Shown piece after piece: positions 38,344-49,478 of a DNA stretch of 64,000 bases (position 1 is its first letter; every line of letters begins with the position of its first letter). The stretch is from positions 39,804,001 to 39,868,000 of the forward strand of contig OZ024744.1 in assembly GCA_964016885.1 (NCBI GenBank), written 5' to 3'. The notes under the pieces are model-generated. The model was not told the DNA's origin and made no database searches. It was given only the letters and a program-made list of their open reading frames with translations. The DNA comes from Eledone cirrhosa (taxonomy: Eukaryota). The translations under genes were made by a program, and so were the position numbers.

Positions 38344-41300
38344 TCATCTTGAAGTTCTTGAAGAGATGAGACACACTTGATTCTGAAAGGCTAAAATGAA
38401 TCACTAGAGCTGCTAATCCACGTTCCAGCCATCCATCCATACAAATCATTCAGGTATCCCTCTATTTCCCAATTGCAAATATTCCGCTCACACAATTATT
38501 GCTGTATTTATCATTTCACTAGCTTCCACAACACATTTATTTTTACCCTCATTTTCTCTCCCATGCTGCCTCTCTACGAAGTCATCTACTCTCTTCCTCT
38601 CTCTTACACTATTATTAGTGTTGTTTTATTTATCAGTTTGCTTTCTCTTCAAAGTCATCTATTCCTATCGGTTTATTTTGCCATGAGATGCTACAGGCCA
38701 TGATGGCTACCTACCTCACAATTTCCCTCCCGTCCACCATACCTATTCGACCAATCAAACCTCAGCATGTCCCCCTCACCCATTACCAACCCCAACAAAG
38801 CCTGCCATTTCTACTACTACCTACCTCTCTCCTCACTCGTCCCAGCCCCAACACACCCTGCCATTATTACCACCACCACTGTTCTTCTAGCCCTGAATTT
38901 TCCTACCGTTATGTATGGATGAGCTGAGAATAAATGGAGCAACCCCGAATTAATAAATGAAAATGAATATGAATCCGCAAGCTACCAAACACCCATGTGA
39001 AGTTTCAATTCAGAGACAGGAAGCACACGCACACCCCTGCAAAAGCCGACCCTTCCCCACGAATGTTGACAAATGCCCAAAACTCTGAGTTGGTACCAGC
39101 AATGTAAGCACAATGAAAGGAAGAGCAGGAGAAATAGTAGAGATGCTAGAGTGAAAGGAAATTGATGTATGCTGTGTGCAAGAGACTAGATGGAGAGGAG
39201 AGTCTGCTAGAGTCCTTGTAGGAAAAAGTCAGTGCTACAAATTTTTCTGGGTGGGAAATGATGATGGGATGGGTGGTGTAGGTATATTACTAGCTGACAA
39301 GTGGGTAGATAAAGTAATCTCAGTGAACAGGGTAAATGCAAGAATCATTGAAGTCAGACTAGTCCTGAATAAGACAATTACCACAATAATATCAGTTTTC
39401 ACACCCCAATCAGAGTTGTCAGACAAACTTAAGGATAGGTTTTACAAGTCCCTAATGCACACTACTGCTCTAACAAACGATAATGACTTCCTAATCATCG
39501 CAGGAGATTTTAAGGGACACGTAGGTAAACACCGTGACGGCTTCAATAGAGTCCATGGAGGTTGGCACAAGAAATGAAGAAGGATTAAGACTTCTAGAAT
39601 TCTGCGACGCCAATGACATGTCGATATGTAACACACACTTCAAAAAACCCGACAACCACCTGATCACCTATAGATGAGGGGAGCATTCTAGTCAGATAGA
39701 TTTTATCCTCATCAGAGGACGTGACAGATGGACGGTCGTAAACACAAAAGCCTTCCCTAGTGAGGAATGTACCTCCCAACATAGCTTAGTTGTCAGCGAC
39801 CTCATGGACAGAACTAGACAAACCTGGAAACAGAGGCCAACCTGGAGAAGAAAGATCTGGAAGCTGAAAGACCCCTCAGCCAGTAACAGATTTAAAGATA
39901 TTTTACTCAACGCCTACGACAGTAAAGAAGAACAGATAGAGACATTCAATATAGAAGAGGACTGGCAGTTCCTAAAAAATAACTTACTAAAAGCAATGGA
40001 TGAGATCTGTGGCTGGAGTAAGACCACAAGCAGGAGGAGAGTGACTTGGTGGTGGAACAATAAGGTAGATGAGACAGTTAAGGCCAAGAGACAGGCATGG
40101 AAAGAATGGAAGAATGGGGGAAGCAGGGTACATTACATAGAGACCAGGAGGGAAGCTAGGCGACAAGTATACTTAGCTAGAAGGGAAGTAGACGATAGAA
40201 AACTCAAGCATATTTTGCAACGCGAGGACCAGAAACAGGAGTGTTCAAGATTGCGAGGCAGTGTGTCAGAGAGAATTGTGATGTCATTGGAGAGAAGTGT
40301 ATCCAGAATGATAAAGCTGAGCTTGCCCTCACAAGTGCTGAGAAGAAAGATGCATGGAAGAGCCATTATGATAGATTACTAAATGAAGAGAATGCATGGG
40401 AAGAAGAGACCCTACTCCAAGTAGACCCTATAGAGGGGCCAGCAGTACAAGTCAGCAGCAGCATAGTAAGTAAGGCAATCAAAGATATGAAGATGGGGAA
40501 GGTAACCGGTCTATCAGGTATAGCTGCCGAGATGCTGAAGGCATCTTGGTCGGTAGGTTACACTATAACCACACGTATTGTTAACCAAGTAATACTAGAA
40601 GGTGTCATACCAAAGGATTGGTGCAGTAGCATCATTGTCAACTGCTACAAAGGTAAAGGCGATGCACTAGATAGAGGAAACTATAGAGGTATAAAGCTGA
40701 TAGACCAGGTCATGGAAGTAACAGAAAGAGTTATAGCACAGTTGAGTAGGGACCGGGTGAAACTAGATGAGATGCAATTTCGGTTTGTACCAGGAAGAGG
40801 CACCACTGATGCCCTCTTCCTTGTGAGGCAGTTACAGGAAAAGTACCTAGCCAAAAGTAAGCCACTCTAACTGGCATTCGTCGATCTCGAGAAAGCCTTT
40901 GTCAGAGTTCCACGTGCTATAATCTGGTGGGCTCTTAGAAAACTGTACAAGCCATGTATAGGGGAGCAGTCAGCCAAGTTAGGATTAGCAATGAGTATAG
41001 CGAGGAATTTAGCGTACAGGTCGGTGTCCACCAGGGCTCTGTTCTTAGCCCTCTCCTGTTCATCATAGTCCTGCAGGCAATAATGGAGGAGTTTAAGACC
41101 GGATGCCCATGGGAACTCCTGTATGCAAATGACCTCGCACTTATAGCTGAATCTATGGTAGAACTAGAGAAGAAATTCCAAACTTGGAAGCAGGGACTAG
41201 AAAGAAAGGGTCTCAAAGTCAACCTGACAAAGACTAAGGTCCTTGTAAGTAGACGAGAAAACAGAACCCAGATCCCCTCAGAGAAATGGCCTTGCTCAGT

Positions 41301-42365
41301 ATGTAGGAAAGGTGTAGGTAGGAACTCCATTCTCTGCCCCAAATGCAAACAATGGGTACACAAGAGATGCAGCAGGATCTCAGGAAGCTTAATTAAGAAT
41401 CTAGGCTTCACATGTAGCAGCTGTGCTGGGACAGCAAGCAGCAAACAGCCACAGGAAACAAGTACCACCAATCTCTGGGAAGGCTCTGTAGAAACAGTAG
41501 ACATCTTCTGCTACCTAGGTGACCGAATTAGCAGCGGAGGTGGGTGTTCAGAAAGTACAATAACTAGGGTAAGAACGGGATGGAAGAAGTTCAGAGAGCT
41601 ACTGCCACTGCTAGCAGCAAAAGGCTTTTCCTTCAAAATGAAAGGCAGAAGGGATGATGCGTGTATCCGAACAGCAATGTTACATGGTAGTGAGACCTGG
41701 GCACTGAAGGTGGAAGACTTACGTATATTAGAAAGAAACGAAGCCTGCATGCTCCGATGGATGTGTAATAGTAATATACGTGAACGGCAAAGCATAAATG
41801 AATTGAGAGAGAGACTGAGCATAAGAGGAATCAAATGCTGTGTGCAGGAGAGGCGGTTGCATTGGTATGGACATGTGATGCGTTTGAAGGATGACAGCTG
41901 CATAAAAAGGTGCAGAGCACTAGAAGTCAATGGAAACCGCGGAGTGGGGAGACCCAAGAAGACCTGGGATGAGGTGATAAAAGCCGACCTTACCCAATTA
42001 CACCTCTCCAAGGCGATGACACACAACCGTGACCTCTGGCATCACGCAGTAATACAGAGTACCCAACCTCCCATGGGTACAAGCTGAAGCATATAGACAA
42101 TATGCCCCCACACCCCTCCCACTGCAAAAAAGCACCCAGCCCACACTGTAAAGTGGACGTGTAGGCGCCACGGAAAAAGCACCCAGCACTCACTGTAAAT
42201 GAGGTTGGTGTTAGGAAGGGCATCCAGCTGTAGAAATCAAGCCAGAATCAGTTCCTGTATGAGCAAGACAAGGTCAGCCGACCAGACACTGCCCACAACA
42301 GGACAACCCTTCTAACCCATGCTAGCATGGAAGAACGGACGTAAAACGGTGATGTTGATGATGAT
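38344..42365 (+). mobile_element. Near full-length RTE-clade LINE (APE endonuclease + RT), disrupted
   Basis: APE motifs (VQETRW, GVGIL, IAGDF, QIDFIL) and RT motifs (GNYRGIKL, QFRFVPGRGTTDA, GVHQGSVLSPLLF, LLYAND, FCYLG), with a (GAT)n tail. Several stops and frameshifts. 38055-38343 holds rearranged duplicates of its 5' region. Confidence 0.95.
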
Positions 42366-43037
42366 AACCACTATTTATATATATACATACACATAGCCAA
42401 ACAGTAAGAGAAAAGGAAAGAGGATATACAAATATTGGTGGCTAAAGCTAGAAAACTAGCTCTCCTGCTACAAGATTGGAATCTGTGGCTAAAGAATAAG
42501 AAGCTACAACAACATTAATGGTGGAGAAAGAAAAGAAAAAAATACTAAATGCCCCAAGATTCTTCATTATTTTCATATTTGAAAATCAGTTTTCCATTTG
42601 AGAGTAAAAGGTATAGGAAAGAAGAGTGCTCTACGTAAAGTACAGAGCTATTTAATTATGTAATAACACAATACAATTATTCCATTTACCAAAAGTTTCA
42701 CAAAGACAGGCGACGTCAACAGAGGTGTCCGAAGTCGTTCATCAGAAAGGAAAATTTTCCTTTCTGTCTTCGTGAAACCTTTGGTAAATGGAATAATTGT
42801 ATTGTGTTGTTTATTACATAATTAAATATATATATAACTAAGCCATGAGGAAATATGAAAATGACAGGGTGAGAGGAGTGATGGAAATAAATATGAAGGA
42901 AATAAAATCCAGGATGAGGGTGTGGGTGCAGATGATAGGGCGAAACGGAGAAACTTATTATGGAGCCGGTAAGGCTAAACCCTTGCTTTAGCAGAGAAAT
43001 TGGCTTTAAAATGCTTGGTGTATACATGCATACTTAC

Positions 43038-43365
43038 CGAAGCTCAAAGGTGCAACAATGCCAATCAAGTGCAATTTCTTTCCTTTTAATTCTTTAGGTG
43101 GATTATTCAGCTGGGTTAGAAGAAATATGCTGATACCAAAACAAACTGAACAGCCTATATATTTGCAGGAAGCACAATCATCTTCACGAACCCGAAACGC
43201 ATTTTCCAACCAAGGATATCTTTCAGCAAGGAATGAAGGAACCGGGGTAGGGCTTGGAATTTTCTCCTCTATTGTATTGTCATCACTGCTGGAATTTGAA
43301 GTTGAAAATGTCACCTGTCCATCAGTGTTATGCTGAAGACCCAAAAACTTTTTTATAACATCCAT
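43038..43365 (-). CDS. First coding exon of a DMAC1/TMEM261 (DUF4536)-like small membrane protein
   Basis: ATG at 43365 lies 15 nt inside an exon opened by a TTTACAG acceptor (AG at 43382-43381). Encodes ...EDDCASCKYIGCSVCFGISIFLL..., a DCxSC motif followed by a hydrophobic helix as in DUF4536 proteins. Ends at a phase-1 donor G|GTAAGT. The family is recognised from memory, not from a search. Confidence 0.8.
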
Positions 43366-45168
43366 TGAGAATATTTCTCTCTGTAAATAGATTTTAAAAC
43401 AATTAATGTAAAAAATATAAATAGCAATATGAGAACAAGTGCTTTAAGGCCACTGTTTCTGGTAAAGAATGAGTTTGTCTTGCAGGCTCCATGTCAGACT
43501 TCATTCACATCATGTGATCCTTCTTAAGGCAATGTTTTATGACTGGAGACCCTTTTAGTCAACTCTTATGACATACAAGGATACTAAACTAGGTGCATAA
43601 AGCAAAAAAATAAAATAAACTATTAGAAGCACATGGGTTCTACATATAAGCACTCTCTCTTTCTGGATATATTTAAAATACGGTTACTCGTGAGAGGCTG
43701 GTGTAGGCAGCGAGAGGAAGCTATCGTTGATTAAATCGACAATGGTACTTGACTCTTTTATCAATTCATCTCTGAAGGACAAAAGGCAATGTTAATTTTG
43801 GTAGGAATTGAATTTAGAACGTGAATTTAGCTGTAACTAAATACCGCAAGCCGTTTTGTCAGACGCTCTAAGGAATTTATAACAGTGGCACAAAGCTACA
43901 ATTTTCGGGACACAGAAACACTTATATTGTCAATCTCGGTTGGACAAAGGCAAAAGGTGACATCGGTGGGATTTCAACGCAGAACGTGAGGTGTACACTC
44001 ATACACATACTAATAGATATTTGACAAGGTTAATGTTATTTCACTTCGTTTCTGCACTAATTCTAGAAAAAAAAACAAAAAAACTACGTTACCAAAATAA
44101 CAAATATAACTACTGCTACTGCAATTCCTAATATTGGTGCAAGGCTGACTACAAAAGTATACGAGAGAGTTATTACACTCAACTGAATCGACTTCAGAGC
44201 AAGCCGGCTACTGTATCGCTTTGACCTTCGAGGGATAACATCTGAAGTCGACTCCAGCAAGATTTGAAATTAGAACTTGAAAGTAAAACACTAAACAGCA
44301 TTAGCTTTAGCACTATTTCTGCCACTCAAGTTTTTTTGTTCTCTCTGCATATATATATATATATATTAATAAAAGGAATTCCAACTTTGTCTGATTTACT
44401 CGTTTTATTTACAATCCTTTAAAATTATAATGATATTATAATGAAATAGCATGGTAGAATATTAAATGTTCAGTGTTAAGTGAACAAGTACTTTCATGCT
44501 TTCGCAATCTCCAGGTTCATATTCTGTAGTGACATATTTATACTTATATATGGTTTATATATAATTATAAATATGGAGGGTAGTACTAAGCACTAGCCAA
44601 TTACCGGTAAGAGAAAAGGCTCAATGTAAATTATATATATATATAAATGCTAGTATGCACAAGTATCAGCTGTGCTAGGGCGAGAAATAAATTCTAATTT
44701 TATTTATATGTATATACACATACATAATGTGTACGTACGTACGTACGCCAGTGTACATTCACCTACGCAAACACGTTCCTAGAAGTTTATTAATGTCAAC
44801 AATAATCATCAGTTTGACCAGTCAATGTAAGGAGCTTTGATAGGGTCAAGCGTACCTGGAAACCCTCCGTAGTTGCTAAGGGTTTGCTTCAAGCAAAACT
44901 ATAATAACAAAATAATTCTTCCTTATACCACACACTAATATATTTAAAAAGGAAGGACACATTAGATATTGTAATCTTAGATACAATAAATAAATAAAAA
45001 GCGGACGGTCAGGGCGATGACATTCTTTTAATAAGAGATCTATTGTTTTGTTAAACCTAGGTTTAAATAACGTTTGTTTACATCTGAAGTAAATATTATA
45101 CGGCGACAATGGGAATGAAAATACTTTTCTCGGAAAAATGAACAAAAAAAAACTAGCAAAATAATTAC

Positions 45169-45310
45169 CTTTACAGACTGTATGATTTGTTCATTTCATT
45201 ATAAGTAAGCTAACAGTATATATTTTGATAAAATTATATACATACTATCTATTTTTATTTACCAAGCAGTCACCTCTAGCACATGGCTAAACAACATAAC
45301 CTTTCTGTGT
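45169..45310 (-). other. Possible non-coding first exon of the DMAC1-like gene
   Basis: The ATG exon begins with a splice acceptor, so an upstream exon is needed. An AG|GTAATT donor-like site lies at 45168 in non-repetitive sequence. The 5' boundary is a guess. Confidence 0.25.
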
Positions 45311-47011
45311 TCTACAAGAGTTATCTTTTGTGGCAAAATATGATCATGTTTGATTCCTCTCTATGTGTATCGAGAAAAGGACGACTAGATTTCGATCCTC
45401 ATTCGAAGCAATTTTCTTTCGTTAATTATCATGGGGAAAAATGGAATTGATTTTACGTCTATTATTCAACCCTCCCTATAAAATGTAAAACTTTTGTACG
45501 AAAATACCACTTTATATGCAGATAATTAAATTTCCGAAGTAAATTCCTGTAAGCCTTCTATATTGAGGTGAAAGAAAAATCAAATTCGATGTACCGATGG
45601 GGACATTGATAAATTTCCGGCGAATTAGTGTCTTCATGTATAGATAAGAACGAATGTGAATATACACTGGCGTTGGTGTACTTACTCACAAACATATCGG
45701 ATAAATAAATAAATGGGACGATCAAAACCATGACATTTTTTTTTTGTAAGAAAACTATTAAGTTATGGTTAAACCTGGGTTTAAACAAGAACAAAGTGAA
45801 AGGAAAAAAAAATTCCGATGTACCCTATGTTCTGATACATCAGTTAACTTACATATATGTTGCATTTTAATTTAATTTATTTCGTTGTATCACATCCGTG
45901 TCTATGCTTTCATTTTTGCAGGAATTTTAGTTTCACTTTAATGTGTTTTTGTTTGTTAGTTTTGATGAAGTTATTTATCATTTTAGGGATGTTTCGCTTT
46001 GGGTATAGCAAAATAATAGACAATAAAATGTAACGTGAAAGTAAAAAGCCTGATAATAAAATAAAATCGATTGAAACGTGCAAGTTTTATAAGAACATTA
46101 GGCAGGTTTTCTTGTGGAGGAGAGGAGGTGATTAATATCTAACTGTCTCGCTTTATTGGTGGGTGGCGCTTGGCAGTATTTAATAATGTACTTTTACACT
46201 ATGTTCAATTCCCAACAGGGACAATTATACCTTTCCTTCAGTGGCATGGTTGTGGACGAGAGAAAGGTCGTCCTCTCCGAACGGTAATTTAGGTGGAGAG
46301 ACATTACTTTTTGTCTATTGTTATTTTGGGAGGTTTGTTTGTTTTTTTAATTTGGAGAGCGAGTGAAAGTTGACAACTGGAAGACTACCAGGACAACACA
46401 ACTCTGTCACTTTTCTCTTCCCATCTGGGGTTAATAAATAAAATACACTTATTTGTTAATAGCTGTCTTCAGATTTTATGTTTTGAACATGAGAGAATCA
46501 GAATCTGCAGATTTGGAGTTATGGGGGCTTTAATTTCACGTGAACGGAAGAGGATTGGCGACATGACTTGCTTTTTCGACAGTGTGGGTGGTTCTCTTTC
46601 TCTTCGATCAACATTGACGCATCTGTGTGAGAGCTCTAGATAGACCGGTTGAAGCGTCTACAATGTTAAATGGGCAAAGAGTAAACAAGCTTTTTTGCTG
46701 ATCCTCTTCCGCTTACGTGACGTCACCGATCTACCACCACATCCGGCTATCCCCTCACCCCATAACCCCAAACAAAAAAGTTAATAAGAAATATCTAAAT
46801 CAGAAACAGATAAGGGTAAAAGTATTTAGAACTTCAAAGCTTTTTCTTTTTCGAATATAAATATATTTCGTTTGCACTTGAAGTGTATAGATATATTATG
46901 TTTGTATTTGTAATTACATTTTTACCTTTAATAAAAGAGATGTATATTTTATGGAATATAAACATATATAATCAACAAAATGAATTAACAATAACAATAA
47001 AAAGGAATCCC

Positions 47012-49466
47012 CTTATCCTCCACCCCCGAGGCCAGCGCCAAGCGTTTGCGTGACCAGGTAAACGCAAAGCTTATCATGGGTGATGTCTCGGTCGCAGTCA
47101 GAGTTTATTGCCTCAGAGGACACTGTCGTCCAACCCACCGAGGAGATCCTGGCTGCTCTGCGGCTCAAACACCCTGAGCCAGCCACTGATCTCAGACCCA
47201 TACCCCCACCTGCTCCTTGTGGGTACTGATGCAGATATCATGTCCGCCATCAGGTCCTTCCCAGCTAGCAGCTGCGGAGGTGTTGATGGTCTCCGACCAG
47301 GCCACCTCAAGGACTTGACATCCCCCCTCTCCGCTGAGGCCGGGCGCCGCCTTCTGAGTGCAATTGTGGCGCTCACCAATAGGCTCATTCATGGTGCCCT
47401 CGACCCTTACGCCCGAGGCCTCTTTTTTTCGGCCAGCCTCACCGCTCTCAGGAAGAAAGAGGGTGGCATACGCCCCATTGCTGTGGGCAATGTCTTCCGG
47501 AGGCTGGCTGCCAAGGTGATCTGCAAGTCCGTCACACACGAACTGGGTGAGGAGTTTAGTCCGGTGCAACTGGGTGTCGGCGTGTCCGGTGGCTGTGAGG
47601 GAGCCTCTCATGCAATCAGGCAGTTCTTCAGCAGTTGCCCATCGGTACCGGCATCTAGGGACTCCAGGCACCTCATTGTCAAGCTTGACATGAGGAATGC
47701 CTTTAACTCTTTACGCGGAGATCATCTGCTTGAGACCTGCCTCAGCCGAGCCCCCTCTGCCTACCCGCTGGCCTAGCTGTCATATGGAGCCCCGAGCATG
47801 CTCCTAGCTGCTGATACGGTCATACCCTCGGCTACTGGGGTCCAACAGGGCGACCCTTTGGGACCCCTCCTGTTCGCCCTTGGTATTGACCACATCGCCC
47901 GGAGTATCACGGCCCATCTCAACGTTTGGTATCTGGATGATGCTACGTTGGGCGGGCCCGTACGGACGGTCTGCCAAGACCTTCAATCGGTGATTCCTGC
48001 CCTGGCGGGAATCAGCCTCCAGGTCAACTCAGCCAAGTCGGAGGTGGTGAACGTCAGCCTCAATGCTGCGAGCTTTGCAGCCTCCGTCTTGGACGTGCGG
48101 TCCATTCTCCGCCAGGTTCAGGTGACCCCCAAAGAAGATGTCCTCATCCTCGGGTCACCGATCCACCCGCCGGCCATCCGCTCCACCATCAGGTCCAGGC
48201 TTCAACAGCTCCAGACTCTCACGAGCCGACTGGTCTTGATTGACGGCCACCCAGCTTTCTTTCTGCTGAGGAACTGCTTCGCCATGCTGAAGCTCCTCTA
48301 TACACTCCGCAGCGCTCCTTGCTACACCCAGACATCTCTCCTCGCTGACCTCGATACTTGTATCCGAGCAGCAGCCGAGGGGATATGCAACGTCAAGTTT
48401 GACGACATAAGGTGGCAACAGGCCACTTTACCAGTCAGGTATGGCGGCCTAGGCTTCCGGTCCCCGATCTCACTAGCTTTGCCGGCGTATCTTTCGTCGG
48501 TAACCTCGTGCCGCGTCCTCGTCAGAAGGGTTCTTCAAAACACAACAGAACCCTCTGTGTTCAGAGAACGTGAGGCCGCCTGTGAGACATGGGACCGGCT
48601 GGGACTTAGCCCAGTAGACGTCCCTCCTCCTTCTCCCCTGTTGACGTCAAGTCCCCCCAACGCACTTGGGATGCAATCCAGTGCAGCCTGGCCTCAGACA
48701 GGCTCACGCACCAGCTCGACCAGCACCGCCTTGCTTGTTTTCGTGCGGCCTCCAAACCCCACAGTGGTGCCTGGCTCCATGCTCTGCCCTCCTTCTCCAC
48801 TGGCACGCAGCTAGACAACCATCGCCTGCGAATCGGCGTTTCCCTGAGGCTCGGCCTCCGGATCTGCCAGCCACACCAATGTCGCTGCGATACCACCGTG
48901 AACTCTCTCGGCCTCCACCCGCTTTCCTGTCGCCACAGTGCCGGCCGCATTCCACGCCATACTGCCCTCAACGAGGTCATTAAGCATGACTTGGACGCTG
49001 CAGGCTTCCCTTCCCAGCACGAGCCGGTGGAGCTGGATCGAGGGGACGGCAAAAGACCATCTTCCCGTTCCGCGGTGGAAAACCCCTCGTCTGGGATGCC
49101 ACTTGCACTGACACTTTCTGCAGCCGCAACCTGGTGCAGTCTGTGACTGACCCAGGTTCTGCTGTATGTCGGGCTGAGGGTGACAAACTCCTCAAATACC
49201 GGTCGCTCTCCAACAGGTTTGCGGTCGTTCCCCTGGCAGTGGAAACTTCTGGTGTCCTCGGCCCCAGGGCTACCTCCATACTCACCACCATAGGCGCTGA
49301 GCTGGCCAGCCGTAGGTGTGAGCCCAGCGCGTCTCCCTTGCCGCCCTTCTCCATTCTGTCCGTCGGGGCTGTGGGTGGGCCCCATCGCGTACCAATACAT
49401 TAGTTAAATACCAATCTTTCATCTGATACAACACAATAAAGTCTGTAAATTCATAAAAAAAAAAAA
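47012..49466 (+). mobile_element. 5'-truncated CRE-clade (RT + restriction-like endonuclease) non-LTR retrotransposon, disrupted
   Basis: Motifs LRLKHP, GGIRPIAVGNVFRRL, QLGVG, KLDMRNAFNS, GVQQGDPLGPLLF, YLDD, GGLG, CxC..H..SC, RHxxLN, LVWDATC, KxxKY and PLAVETSG. AATAAA at 49435 followed by poly(A). In-frame TAG at 47774-47776 plus frameshifts. Confidence 0.88.
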
Positions 49467-49478
49467 GAAGATATGCAC

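Noticed and set aside
40935-42026. Long antisense ORFs over RTE and CRE copies (also 48606-49400)
   Set aside because: Shadow frames of retrotransposon coding sequence.
44985-45790. Diverged ~90-bp direct repeats at ~44990 and ~45700 as LTRs
   Set aside because: Low similarity, and no TSD, PBS or TG..CA ends.
46240-46360. Spliced-leader RNA (GGTAA in a hairpin, Sm-like ATTTTGG, CRE element nearby)
   Set aside because: The motifs are short and weak, it is single copy, and the CRE element is not inserted in it.
46440-46745. 7SK RNA on the minus strand (GGATGTG start, two GATC, ~300 nt to a T4 run)
   Set aside because: No 3' ACATCC or terminal hairpin, the GATC motifs do not close the expected stem, and G-U pairs favour the plus strand.
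46500-46780. Telomerase RNA
   Set aside because: No CTAACCCTAA-type template on either strand.
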